A stretch of 63,840 nucleotides of DNA, filler included, from Choristocarpus tenellus KU-1152 (taxonomy: Eukaryota > Protista > Phaeophyceae): the NCBI GenBank assembly GCA_964200185.2. It is 13 parts of 13 records of this genome, joined end to end, with 100 filler letters (N's around TTAATTAATTAA, not from the genome) between each part and the next. Parts side by side here need not be neighbours in the genome. Positions count along the whole stretch, not along the records: positions 1 to 2,600 come from CAXNAD020026386.1; positions 2,701 to 8,330 come from CAXNAD020010191.1; positions 8,431 to 11,114 come from CAXNAD020025673.1; positions 11,215 to 17,265 come from CAXNAD020009071.1; 9 more parts are not named here. The stretch is one strand, 5' to 3'. A program made the translations under genes and the position numbers. This document shows, piece by piece, positions 1 through 11,830 of the stretch (positions are counted from its first letter, which is position 1; each line of letters begins with the position of its first letter). Below the pieces are notes generated by a model. The model saw only the letters and a program-made list of their open reading frames with translations, ran no database searches and was not told the DNA's origin.

Positions 1-380
1 GGAGTAGTTAAATCCAGGCTATGCCAAATTGTTTCGGTGACTATGTAAGTGGCATTGTCTCGACGTGTCATGCGCTTTAAACTAGAGTCACCAGGGAGAT
101 GGTCACGGAGGGGTCTGTTGGATTATTGGGATGCCTCCCTAGCTCCCCCCCGGGGGGCACAGGAGTAGTTAGATGGGAAGCACAGGAAGACAGAAGTACA
201 ATATTGATAGTGGTGAAGTAACTGATAGATTAGTGGTTTTCACACTTACAGTGCTTTATAGTGTTCTCACGTTTAGGATATTTACTTCTTTAGGGCTTAT
301 ACTGACATATGTATAGTTCTAATTTGTTTTCCCCCTGACACATCTGCAAAATGTCAAAGGACATAATAATAAAATAGATA
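1..380 (+). mobile_element. 3' end of the same LINE-like family
   Basis: GACGTGTCATGCGCTTTAAACTAGAGTCACCAGGGAGATGG matches the reverse complement of ~32215-32255; tail TTTTCCCCCTGACACATCTGCAAAATGTCA followed by an ATAATAATAAAATA end. Further tail copies at ~22334-22560 (+), ~37860-38070 (-), ~44230-44440 (+) and ~44870-45020 (+). Confidence 0.55.
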
Positions 381-2242
381 AAGATCGACTGTTCTATTTT
401 CAAAATTCTATTACATATTATGAGTCGAAGAGTTTTGAAGGGAGGAACATAGTTGAATGATAGGGATTTATAACGATTGGCTAATTGACTTTGATCTTGT
501 TGATTTCCTGTTAAGTTGTATCTAATTTTGTTTCTAAATTAATCTTTTGTAATTCTTCAATTGCATCACGAATTATATTAGACAAAATTTCAGCTCCTTA
601 GCTGCCAATCAAGATAAATATACGAAAGATATTTTAATCAAGGTTGTTGTTTGTAGTTAGATTCGTTATAAAGGATCTAAAAATATCTCCACTAAAACAA
701 GCCTATACTCATAAAATCTTTGAAAAGAGTGAATGTGTTACCCTTACCAACCTTAGGTAAAATATTAAGACGCCAATGATCCATCCGCATCTATAAATTT
801 CAGATCGTACATTTTGTCTTTTAGACAACTTTTACACTCCTCCACTCTCATCTAGAATAGTCACAACAACCAAAGAGAACATAATATCTTTTCAAGATAG
901 ACATGAGGAATTCGACAAAAGGTTGAATACCCACCCCCACCCTTGAGGACACTTTGGCTCTGATGCAACCGTAGGAGCTGGTACCATTCAAAGATACATC
1001 ACAGTTCACAACTATATTGCGATTTACATGGGAGAGGTCGTCTGCCCACTCTGCATTGGTAGAGGTACCTGTGACACTGGTGTCCGCAACCTTGAAAGAC
1101 TGAAACTTACATTGGTGAAGTAGGCTGACGCTGGGGTATACACTACAGTTCTATACATGCATGCTATTTTTCTATACTAAAGAGTAGTCTGTTCTTCTGC
1201 AAAGAGTCAAAGTAAACGAAAGGTATCCAGAGTCGCATATGAGGGATGTTGATAAATATGTGCAAAATTGAGCTTTTCTTACTATTGTATAGGATATTCT
1301 TTGAATTGCGTCGGAATTTTTTCGAACAATAGAAAAAGAAACGCTCTCAAGTCAGACTTAGAACGTCACATAGAAATGTGGTTGAATTGCAAAAGACGAA
1401 TAACAGACTCAAAAATACAAAACGGCCAAGAACTGGGGGTACCTATCCTATACTTTGGCTCAAAGTGCCACCGGTTTTCCCTTTTGGATGCTTGCAATGA
1501 TATATCCTGACCATTTGTTTCTTTGTCATTTGAAAACTATTGTTCACGTCACCAGTCAAATCTACACAAAGATGTGGATATGTGAGGGCTTCCAATACGA
1601 CGACCGAAAATAGCCCCTCTTTGGCAGTTACAAAACACAGGAACAAAATAAGTGTATTTTTTAGCACCTACAGGCTGTGTAACAAGTGTCCAATCTGCAC
1701 ATTTATATCAATACACGACGACTTGTGGAAAAATATTTGGCATTTGTGGCTCGATGTTGGCAGTTACAAATTCGTGTAAGATTGTTGCTTCTCGGATTAG
1801 GTCCCCTTACTCTCAAAACGAAGTATATACAGATTACTACTATTTCTTGTTTCCCCACAAATATGTGAATTTGAATATATCCCTCTTATGTACTACTCCA
1901 ATCCAACAACTTCAGAGCTCTGCCTCACAGCAAATGTGTTGAAAGCTGACAATATGGATGAGCCGTCAAGCTGGCCCATGAGACAGTTGAGGTATGATTG
2001 AGGTCTTTGCCAACTAGCAGTTAACATGCCTACAAAAGTACAAAATAGGTACTATGTGAGATTAGTTTAAGGGTGGTTGTTTCAATAGTGGAAATATCGC
2101 CTTTCATGCCATTTCCTCTATGCTGTCAATTTTATTTTCATTCCTTCTATTAGCGGCAGTATTAGAGGTATTCTGAATCTACAAAACATCTAGGTGTGAC
2201 TAAATTCAGCAGTGTACTATGATCTGAATCTCAAACCCGCAC

Positions 2243-2446
2243 CTGGATGTCAAGGCCACAGCAAGGCTGGACGTACACATTGAAGGCTCCTCTCCTTCTC
2301 CATACAGCTCACGGCACATGGTATTGGCTGCAGCCTCTGCATCGAATTGCCCTCCTGCGCTGACAGAAGAGTTTCCTTCGGCCTCTCCTGCTCCTCCTCC
2401 CCCACCCCCGAAAACCCCACCACTGTTCCAATCCCCACTCTGTATC
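2243..2446 (-). CDS. Probable internal exon of an unidentified host gene
   Basis: 204-nt open, GC-rich segment (IQSGDWNSGGVFGGGGGGAGEAEGNSSVSAGGQFDAEAAANTMCRELYGEGEEPSMCTSSLAVALTS) bounded by a CAAG acceptor and a CCAG|GTGCGG donor, symmetric phase 2. No family recognised. Confidence 0.4.
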
Positions 2447-2600
2447 CTTGCGTACAAAAATCTTGTGATGTTGGGGCCCACTACAACTGGGACTCTCACC
2501 ATATACTCCTTGTTACCATCGATTGCCTTCTTCCCCCCCCGCCCCTGTTCCTGCTCCTCCTCATCCCTGTCCCCTATGCGCTCTCCTCCCTCTTCCCAAG

Positions 2601-2700
2601 NNNNNNNNNNNNNNNNNNNNNNNNNNNNNNNNNNNNNNNNNNNNTTAATTAATTAANNNNNNNNNNNNNNNNNNNNNNNNNNNNNNNNNNNNNNNNNNNN
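2601..2700. other. Artificial contig linker (N44-TTAATTAATTAA-N44), first of 12
   Basis: Identical 100-nt linkers with stops in all six frames at 2601, 8331, 11115, 17266, 22234, 25984, 30429, 40202, 43484, 49570, 55825 and 59864. Confidence 0.98.
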
Positions 2701-2768
2701 AAAAAAAAAAAATTTTTTAAAAAAAAAAACCCAAAAAACAAAAAAAAGTCGGGGGGGGGGGGGTCAGG

Positions 2769-2802
<34 letters not shown>

Positions 2803-4335
2803 TACTCAATGCTCCTTTAAAAGGCACTCAAATGTATACCAGAAGACTTCCGAACTTTGGCAGGTTCCACAATGCACATCCACGTTTGATTCACATACCG
2901 CAACAGTTCTATTCCTCGACGAAATGCTTGAGAAGTGTTTTCACCAAGCCCATGAACCACGTGCCGTCTTTTGCCCTCGGAACAATTACAGATTGTGAAC
3001 AGAAGTGATACAGAATCTCCGATGATGTGGTAGGACAGCCGTTAAAGATTATTAAGGAAGCACGGCAAAAGGGTAGGCCCAGCCTGTAATTGACTGCAAA
3101 GGGGCTCACTACCTTAGTAGCCTCTGCAGCTCTAGTGCTCCGGTTATCCATGGAATACAGGATGCGTGTCTGCCCATAAGCAATGTTCCTGGTCAGTACC
3201 ACAAGTCCCTTATTTTTCCTCTCAATCTCTTCACAGCACAAGGCATCCCAAATTCCCGAACAAAATTAACTAACCCCACCCACGCCAGTACAAACTCACA
3301 AACAGTAAGCATCCAGGATAGATGAAACAGAGGAAGGATTCTAACTTTGCCGACCTGTCTTGACAAAAGAGTTCAGGTGTCAAACTATTTTGATCGCTGA
3401 CTGCCCCCTGGGGAGGTTCAGGCTTGCCTGCCACCCTTAACAGCAATATCGGAATGCTGACATCATAATGCATTTTGTCAATACTCGACCATCGATATAC
3501 AACAAAAAGACTGGCACAGTGGGCCTGACCGACTTAGATTACTCTTCCCTAGTTTGCACCCTGCTTTCAGGGTGCAATCTACAGCTCTAACTGTTCAACT
3601 GCAAATTAGGGTGCGGCGTTCTGCTATCTAGGAAGGATGTATGTTTGAGACTCTCAAAAAACTCATGAACAAGTGAATATAGGCAGACTCTAGAGATTGC
3701 TCACCATCATGCACCCATTGTTTGAAGTCCTGGATTATGATTGCCTTTGTTGCACATTCATATTGCATATCCTGCAACTACTGATACAAAATCAAACCTT
3801 ATCTTGCTCTATTGTCTGCCCTGGTGGTAGCCTTCATCCTAATCTTGTCCTACCACCGTTGTTATTTTCTCCACTGTTACCGGATTGGGATTCAAGCAAT
3901 TCTCAACACTGCAACAATCGGTTTTGCTGTGAAATGTGCACCCATTTAATCCACGCATATCTCAAAAAGATCGCACAATGATCATGCTCCATCGTGCCAG
4001 GTGGCAGTCCCTGCTCAAACAGTTAACATGTCCAAGAAGTGAGTAAGCTCCTCGTGCAGGTAGGCCAAGCTTACTTTGATTTGATGGACCCTGTCCCACC
4101 TCAGCACTGCTGTCAGAAAATTGCATATACTACAAAGCCATACATTGACACCATGCGACCTTGAGGCTTACAGGTGTAAAAATTAACTTGTGACTTTGGC
4201 CTTGATGCGGTTGTGTGGACGTGTTCACTGACCACCTTGAACCTGTACCAGACAAAGCATAAACTATGTGCGTGCACAGGGAGTTACATGCCTGGAAAGG
4301 CATTCTTAGCAAACAAAATCCGACAATGTCCCTCT

Positions 4336-4361
4336 GGGTTAGGGTTAGGGTCAGGGTTAGG
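4336..4361 (+). repeat. Short interstitial telomere-like (TTAGGG)n tract
   Basis: GGGTTAGGGTTAGGGTCAGGGTTAGG. Similar tracts at ~4716-4731, 45347-45360, 51218-51234 and 58657-58675. Confidence 0.7.
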
Positions 4362-6772
4362 TCTGCTGGACCACTACCACCTGAAATCCTTGTTCCTGAC
4401 TCGATATGACTCCATCCCCATTTTCCACATTCCCACGTTAGTTATTAGAGTAGCTAACGAGAATGTTATCTCCTCCTTGACAATCACACTGTTCAAAATA
4501 AATCCACCTGTGGTTCATGTTCCCTACTTTGGGACTCCAATGAATAATCTCTCAATCAAGTAACCTAACTGTCTTGTTGGACAATGGAGCCATGAGCAGT
4601 GAGTACATTGGACATGCAGGTACTATTTTGTAGTTTCTTGTTTCTTCTGCCAAATCCCTCCATTTATATGCTCTGTATGCTGTAAGAGATTAAGCTCATG
4701 TGTGGATTAATAGTAAGGGTTAGGGTTAGGTAATAATACAGACATCGGCCGCTTGGTAGAACAATAGAGCAAAGAGAAACAAACGCTGTTCTGCACATTG
4801 GGTGATACAGAACAAAGGGTGCCAAACATTGCTCTGAGAAATGGATGTAATAAAACAAAACGCCACACATTGACCACCTCTTCCAACATTTATTCTCATT
4901 TGCATTATAAGAATCTCATACTGTTGTCAGCTGGTGAAGCCAAGTTGCCCAAAAAGCCCATTTACAACAGTACATGTACCACTCTAAAGAAAACAAAGGC
5001 AGCTCAGGAAAAGTCGAACATATTACACTCAGCAGGCCGCAGTGACTCATCAACCACCTTCTCCATACTGGTGCCTCTCAATTGTACAAAGCAATACAAC
5101 ACAACATATAGTAGAGAACAGAGATTAGAGGTGTATCATAGCACCACACCAGGCCTACTCCGGTCCTGTCTCAGAGACCACAACTGTACATCCTTAAACA
5201 TAATCAACTAAACACAGCATGTATCATGTATTAGAGGATCCTCATGAAACCCAATTCTCGCTTTTGAAACATACCCTATTCTTTAGAGGTATATACACTT
5301 TAAACATTTGACTAGCAATTTCAAGGTATGTTGCTGGTGTAAACCCATACACACCAAGTCAGACGGGCTATCCTCAGTCACTAGAACACAGCTTCAAAAG
5401 TTTTCTCATGGTAACAGCGACAAACTCCTGCTTGAGACACAGCAGGTGTGATGTAAGTGTCAATGAGATCTCATATAAGCTGATTGCTCTGTTTGCCATG
5501 GTGCTGGTTGCAAACTTCAACAAGAGACAGACAGGTTCTTGAGCAAAAGGGGAGAGTGAATTCAAACTGGTGGTAGGCCATGACTTCAGATGTCTCACAA
5601 CCTCTTCCTGGTTCAGAGACCCGTCAGCTTTTGCCTAAAAATCCTGAGGAAGGTGTGGAGGATGAAAACAGAGACCCAAGTGGACAATATAGATGGGCAG
5701 AATTGAAGCACTTCATTGATGTGTGTAATTACAAGCACGCTGCTGTGTTTCAGTGGTTGTGGCAACAGATTGTCAATGAGTCCATATCATTATCGAAAAT
5801 TGGATGGGAAAGTGGGGGTATCTGGCATGCTCCTCGTTACCAAGATTGCGAGGAAGACCAAAGGGAGTCAGGTACAAGACTGGACAAGTTGCTTGTGGGC
5901 AGCAGCAGCAGAGACAGTCCTAACTCAAGACATAAACACCACTTTTCAGCTTTATGCAACCATCCGAACTACCAGGGTGTGACCGCAGCTTCAGGATGAG
6001 GGGGTAGCTAGAACAAGGTGGGAAGATGTGAGGGCTGTGCTTAAGTCCTGTGAGTGTGGAAGGAGGATCTGTTTTACAATACAATTCAACTCTCATGGGA
6101 TAGAACCTTGTTGTGGTCTGCAGTGTATGCTCGAAGAGGCAGTGCATAGCCAAGCACTCTGCAGCCTCATGGATGTAGGAAGCTTCCATTCACCTTAACT
6201 GTCCAACCCAATTCCATTTCTTGGGTGATCCATCATGTTTGCCCACATACTTGCTGGTGGAGTACATGGAAGTGCATGGGAAACCAACATGACGTCCTTT
6301 CAACGATGCCTTCGGAGTTGTAAGCAGTTGTCTCAGTCAAAACTGGAAGAAGACCAACCTTCAATGTAGAGTTTTCTAGTCTGTTTCGAATGTGAGATTC
6401 GCATTTCCTCAATGATGTTTATTAGGGTGTAGACCAGGCAGTGTAAGGCCTGATCCCAACAACAAAAATATGACGTCAAATTTACCGAATTTTAATATTT
6501 TCTGTTGCTATTGTTATTGTTAGGCTTAATAATTACTGATGAAGGAACATGCTTTTGATATTTCCTGCCATTTGGGGGTTGAAGAACAGCATGCCACACA
6601 CATTTGAGACAGAAAAAAGGACCCCTGCCTGCACATGGGCAAGAGTCGATGGTGCAGGCCGCACAGAATCTTCTAGCATATTCACGGGGAGGGTCCACAA
6701 GTACACCTTCCACTCCTATGTGTGAGGTTTCTAGTGACCTAGACGTGGACGTGTCTAGCTCAGATGCAGACA

Positions 6773-8287
6773 CCAGTTGCCTTGAATCTGTGGAGGGTTG
6801 AGGTTCAGGCACCTCTATTCTATTCATATGTGATAGACACTAGGGGAGCCGCCCCTAAGTGTTTGTGCCAGGAATTGGTTTTGACCCTCGAAAACTGATT
6901 GTGTCCCTGTTGTTTCTGCACAACCTGCAGGATAAGGAGAGGATGCTGACCCGGCCAATTGAAGCTCATTGATCAGGGACAGAAAGACCACAGCAGGGGT
7001 TTCATCTTTCCAACCTGGGTGTCAGATAACTACCTCCAGCCAGATGGCGAAGACACACGGCTAACTGGGACTCTACACAAATGATGTCCGACTGACAGGG
7101 TACATATTCCTGCAGCGTTAAGGAGGAAGGCAGAGTTAATGAGGATACAAAAAAGGTGTCATCTTTTGAAAGTCCCTCACCTCACATTAACAAGCACCAG
7201 TAAATCCACTGTTACACTGCAGTTGCAGTTGCAACAGTTCCACTAGCGTCATGAGCGGTTCATACTCCGTGCAGTTCAGTTGCCTGAAAATACCAGTCTT
7301 TCAGTTCTCACCTGAAGATACTTCTCATTGTTGATGCACCTCTAATCTATGGCAATCGCATGGGTCTTAGAGATGGCAGAATCCGCACCCCACGCAACCG
7401 AGGTCATAAGCAGCACCCAGAACATGTGCATTTAGCTCCTACCACGTAGATGAGACTATGAGGCAATAGCAGAGGAGGGCACACAGAACCAACCCACAGC
7501 TCTTGGTATGAGTTACATGCACATGTTCTGGGTACTGTCTGTGACCTTAATTGTGTAAGGTGTGGATTTCGTCATCACCAAGGCCCATGCGATTGTGACA
7601 GAGCTAAGCGAAAATAATTTGAGAAACACCTCGGGTGACCCAACAGACTGAACAGACTGGCATTTCCAGGCAACTCTATTGATTGGATCAATGAACCGTT
7701 CCTGAAGGCAGTTACTCCATCACGTGAAATACGAAACCGATCATCAAATAGTGAAACTGCTGCAACTGAAACTGGAGCAATGCAGCAAATTCACGGGTGC
7801 GTGTAAGCGTGAATCAAGGTTTGGCTGTAGTACTAGGGTTAGCCTATTGCTCACCATTGGTGTTGCAAGAGACACTCAAAACTGACAACCAATTATTATA
7901 AACCTCCATGCTGCTAGAGGGGTGCGTAACACATCTGGCGCCACATATGTACAGTCCCTGGCAGCTGTTTGTATTCTATATCTAGAGCCAAGGTTGGAAA
8001 GATGAAACCCCTGCTGCAGCCTTTTCATCCCTGATCGACTAACTTCACATGGCCGTATCAACACCATCGCCATACACCTCAGGATAAAAAGAGGAACAGG
8101 GAAACAATCAGGGTCAAAACCTCCTCCATTCGATGACACCCTGGGGACATTATGCCTGGAGAAATGTACATAGGGGTGAATCCCTAGTGTCTACCATAAT
8201 ATCAACCACACATGAATAGAACAGATGTTCACATACGTATGATACAGCTATATCAAAGGCCCTCACCTTCCCATTCAGGTGCAATTG
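6773..8287. repeat. ~1.5-kb diverged inverted repeat (palindrome) centred near 7470
   Basis: Exact reverse-complement anchors: 6991-7016 with 7991-8016 (26/26), 7415-7431 with 7517-7533 (17/17) and 6834-6845 with 8182-8193 (12/12), plus several shorter collinear matches. Confidence 0.85.
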
Positions 8288-8506
8288 TTCCCCCCCCCCC
8301 CCCCCCTTTTTTTTTTTTTTTGTTTTTTTTNNNNNNNNNNNNNNNNNNNNNNNNNNNNNNNNNNNNNNNNNNNNTTAATTAATTAANNNNNNNNNNNNNN
8401 NNNNNNNNNNNNNNNNNNNNNNNNNNNNNNGACTCAATTCAACACAATAATCTCATATACACAAAATAAGGTACACCTCACTATTGTCCTATTTTGCACA
8501 GAAACT

Positions 8507-8604
8507 GTTTCGGAGTAGGAAAATGCCATTTTTAAAAAAGTGCGAAGCCAAGCCCCAAACGGACAAACAGGGCAAAACTCGTACCCTCTAAGATGCTTTC
8601 ACTC
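8507..8604 (-). mobile_element. Partial family-A MITE abutting the Copia RT
   Basis: GCCAAGCCCCAAACGGACAAACAGGGCAAAACTCGTACCCTCTAAGATGCTTTCACTC is one end of the family consensus. Confidence 0.8.
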
Positions 8605-8606
8605 AC

Positions 8607-9963
8607 AAGGCACGTTTGGTAGCAAAATGTTTTCGACAGAATGAGAGTATCGATAATCAAGATACCTTTGCTCCAACACCGTTGCCTGCGTCTTTGAAAA
8701 TGGTTTTAGCGTTAGCTGCAGACAAGGATTGGGAATTGAAGCATTGGGATGTCAAGCAAACTATTATCCAGGCAGACTTTATTGAAGATATTTTTGTGTG
8801 TTTATGTAATGGACATGGTATATGGTCAGGAAAGATTGTACATTTAGTGAAAGTTCTTCATGGCATCAAACAGGCTAGCAGAGAGTATAATAAATATTTG
8901 GTGCAAGTTTTAAAACAATGTGGTTTTGAGCAATGCAGAGCAGATCCCTGTTTGTTACGCTATGTAAGAGATGGTGTTGTTTGTGGTGTGATAGCCCTTA
9001 ACATTGGCGATCTTTTGGTAGCTGGTATAAATGATGTTTTGATTTGGGTTCACTCCACGAGTAAGGAGCAGTTTTCCATAGAAGATTTTGATGACCTTGA
9101 ATATTATATTGGTTGTGAGATTTCACGTGATAGGATAGCACATACAGTCACCATCAGTCAGACTAGATACGTCAAGAGTGTTTGTCAAAGATTTGGTATG
9201 GATGGGGCAAAGGAGAGGTCGGTACCCCATGATCTCTCAAACGACTTTGGTCAAGAGTGAGGATAATCCAAGTATTGATGAAAATACACCGTACAGCGAG
9301 GCAGTTGGTAGTTTGATTTGGGCAGCTGTTATGACAAGGCTAGACATTACAAATGCAGTTGGTGAGGTTGCCAAGTACAGCAGTAACCCCAAAAACAAAG
9401 TCACACATTCGCGTGCAGTGAAGTGTATTTTAGCGTATTTGAATACGTGTCCCAGTGTTGGATTGAGTTTTGGTGGTTTTGATGCTGAGTGTGAGTTGAG
9501 TACATATATATACAGATGCTAGTTATGCTGGAGACTAGAATGATGGCAGATCAGTCACTGGAGGAGCAATAACGTTTGCAGGAGGAGCAATATCTTGGAT
9601 GTCAAAGGTACAAAGAGTTGTACCTCTGTATTCCACGGAAAATGAGTACATAGCCCTTAGCAGTGTGGCAAAGGAATCACTTTTCTTGAGAAGCGTTTTT
9701 GAGTTTATTCAGTCACAGGTTTCTAGGCGTTGCATTGACATGTTTGAGGATAACGATGGTGCATGCAAACTAATCCGAAATGCCACAGCTCTACTAGAAC
9801 AAAGCACATTGATGTCCGACACCATTTTCTGACGGGCTTAGCTCGAAAAGGAAAGTTTCGTGTTGATTTTGTTGGTACTGCCAATCAGAGGCCAGATGTG
9901 CTGACCAAGAATTTGCCAGTCCGAGCTCTTAGACAACATGTGAAATTTCTAATGAACATGTGA
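8607..9963 (+). mobile_element. Decayed Ty1/Copia LTR retrotransposon pol (RT + RNase H), frameshifted
   Basis: KARLVAKCFRQ, DTFAP, HWDVKQ, LHGIKQASR, ADPCL, YIGCEI, PYSEAVGSLIW, RLDITNAV, STENEYIALS, EDNDGA, RTKHIDVRHHF and QRPDVLTK are spread over four frameshifted ORFs. Confidence 0.93.
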
Positions 9964-10026
9964 GGTCACATGTGCGTTGGATTTTTTTTTGGTGCGATTG
10001 TTTGAGAGTTAATACTTGTTTTCAGC

Positions 10027-10041
10027 AAAGAAGGGAGGATG
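10027..10041 (+). other. Polypurine tract and start of the 3' LTR of the Copia element
   Basis: AAAGAAGGGAGGA directly followed by TG (TGTCG at 10040), ~65 nt after the pol stop. The far end of the LTR is not defined. Confidence 0.55.
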
Positions 10042-11214
10042 TCGAATAACCTAGTGTTATCCTTACGTTGTATGTGCTGATACAAGTATGTAGCATAGGT
10101 TTCATGTATGTTCATCTTTGGTTTGGTACGATACGAAGTTGTAACGTGCATAACGGTATGATGAGTCAGCATTCATTCACACCTCAGTAGTGATGATGGA
10201 TAGCTGACGGGTAATTAATATTCAGTGTATGTTTTGCCATGCAACTCAACCAGCCGCTTTGGGCGACGAGCCTTACACGCTAACCTTATCAACATGGCGT
10301 TTAAGGTCTCCTTCTGGTGCACAGTGAACGGCAGGAACCCCAACGAGTTGTACTCTGACGGTTCCGATAACATGATGCATGCATTCCCCACCACACACTA
10401 TCTCCTCTTGCTTGACAGGTGACTCCTCAGGTAAATGTCGACCACCTGGGTCCTTGGGGGAAATTCCGAGGTCTATCTCCTTTAATGCAGCACATGGGTG
10501 ACCTGCAACGTACAGTTCGAGACACTACAAATGGAGCATTTGGTGCAGTAGGGCGACCTCTCGGAGTACACCACGGTCAAAGAGTTACCGTCCGCGTGGG
10601 GACTAGTGAAGAGCCTGTGCATGGACTTGATGCTGCTAAACTTGGGGGCGCGCTGATTGTTTAGTCCCTCTTGATCGATCCTGTAAACCGGAAGATGAAT
10701 GATCTCCTGCCTTGGGATGGTATCATTCAGGAGAAGTTTCACGTACGTCTTACTGTACAGTCTGCCCCCGCTGTCTATCCAGTCCTATGGGTGTTGGGGT
10801 ATGGCGGAAAGAGAATGATTGATCTTCGTCTCTGTGTATGAAAACAAAAAATATTGCGAAAGCTCAACTGGTGATCAGTGGAGAAGTATATACCGGTGCC
10901 AACCTATTGTGTGATTTCTCTTCGTATGGCAAGATACTATTGTTACATTTCGTTTTCCGATACTGAGTTGCTGTGTCTAGGAACGGACAAATAGCTCCTT
11001 AGTGGAAAGAGAGGTCAAACACACGAGGATAAGGAGTGCTGTTGAAACCTGAATCGAATGCATTGTATATGATACATAGACTACGAAGGAAGAGGAATCA
11101 TGGTGTTGTAAAGCNNNNNNNNNNNNNNNNNNNNNNNNNNNNNNNNNNNNNNNNNNNNTTAATTAATTAANNNNNNNNNNNNNNNNNNNNNNNNNNNNNN
11201 NNNNNNNNNNNNNN

Positions 11215-11370
11215 GGGAGCTACACCAGGGTGTCCATTTGGGCTCTGACCAGGAGAAGTGAACTTACATTACCCATCCGACATTTGCAACCAAATCACCC
11301 CAAAAATCCCAGCATGGAAAAATGGGCCCCGAATGGACAGTCACCACCCCCTTCCTGGATACGTTGGGTC
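11215..11370 (+). mobile_element. Partial family-B MITE at a contig start
   Basis: CTACACCAGGGTGTCCATTTGGG ... CCCCGAATGGACAG ... GGATACGTTGGGTC. Other B fragments lie at ~28980-29068, 40130-40201, ~40361-40390, 43444-43480 and 43584-43604. Confidence 0.75.
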
Positions 11371-11830
11371 TCTACTTTCTGGTAGAGACAATTGCAGGGA
11401 CAACATGGTCAAACAAAGTTCCTGACGGCTGAGATCTCAGCTACTTGTTTGTCTATGCATGGTAGCTGAGATTCCTACTTGTTTGCTGGTGTATGTCTAT
11501 GATCCTCTTCCTCGGATATACTATTGATCTAGTCAGATCATACGCACAAATAGTTCTCAAATAGTATAATAGTTCTGCTTCCCTGACATTGATACTACAT
11601 ACAAAATATACATACTACCACACCAGTCGAGTTGATCTATTCTCGTAGTGTGCTTGAAGTATGAGCTTCAGAATTGGTTTGACGTCAAGCCTATACGACG
11701 TCCAAGCTATACGTGGCTAGAAATCTTTGAAATTCAGGAAACATTTTTAGGACTAGTTGCATATGTGTTCTGCAATGATTCATGTCATGATGTAGGCACA
11801 AGCAGCTGTTGCATTGCTCCACTTGTTCAC

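Noticed and set aside
2601-2700. TTAATTAATTAA motif repeated 12 times
   Set aside because: It is an artificial six-frame-stop linker embedded in Ns, not biological. Gene neighbourhoods across linkers were therefore not interpreted.
2701-2802. Poly-A/G/C tracts at contig ends, including a G-run/C-run hairpin
   Set aside because: Low-quality homopolymer sequence at assembly breaks; several breaks coincide with the G/C runs of family-B MITEs.
5370-6400. ORFs 5580-5999 and neighbours as a host gene or Ulp1-like protease
   Set aside because: Fragmented frames with no verifiable catalytic motif. Probably TE debris, but it cannot be assigned.
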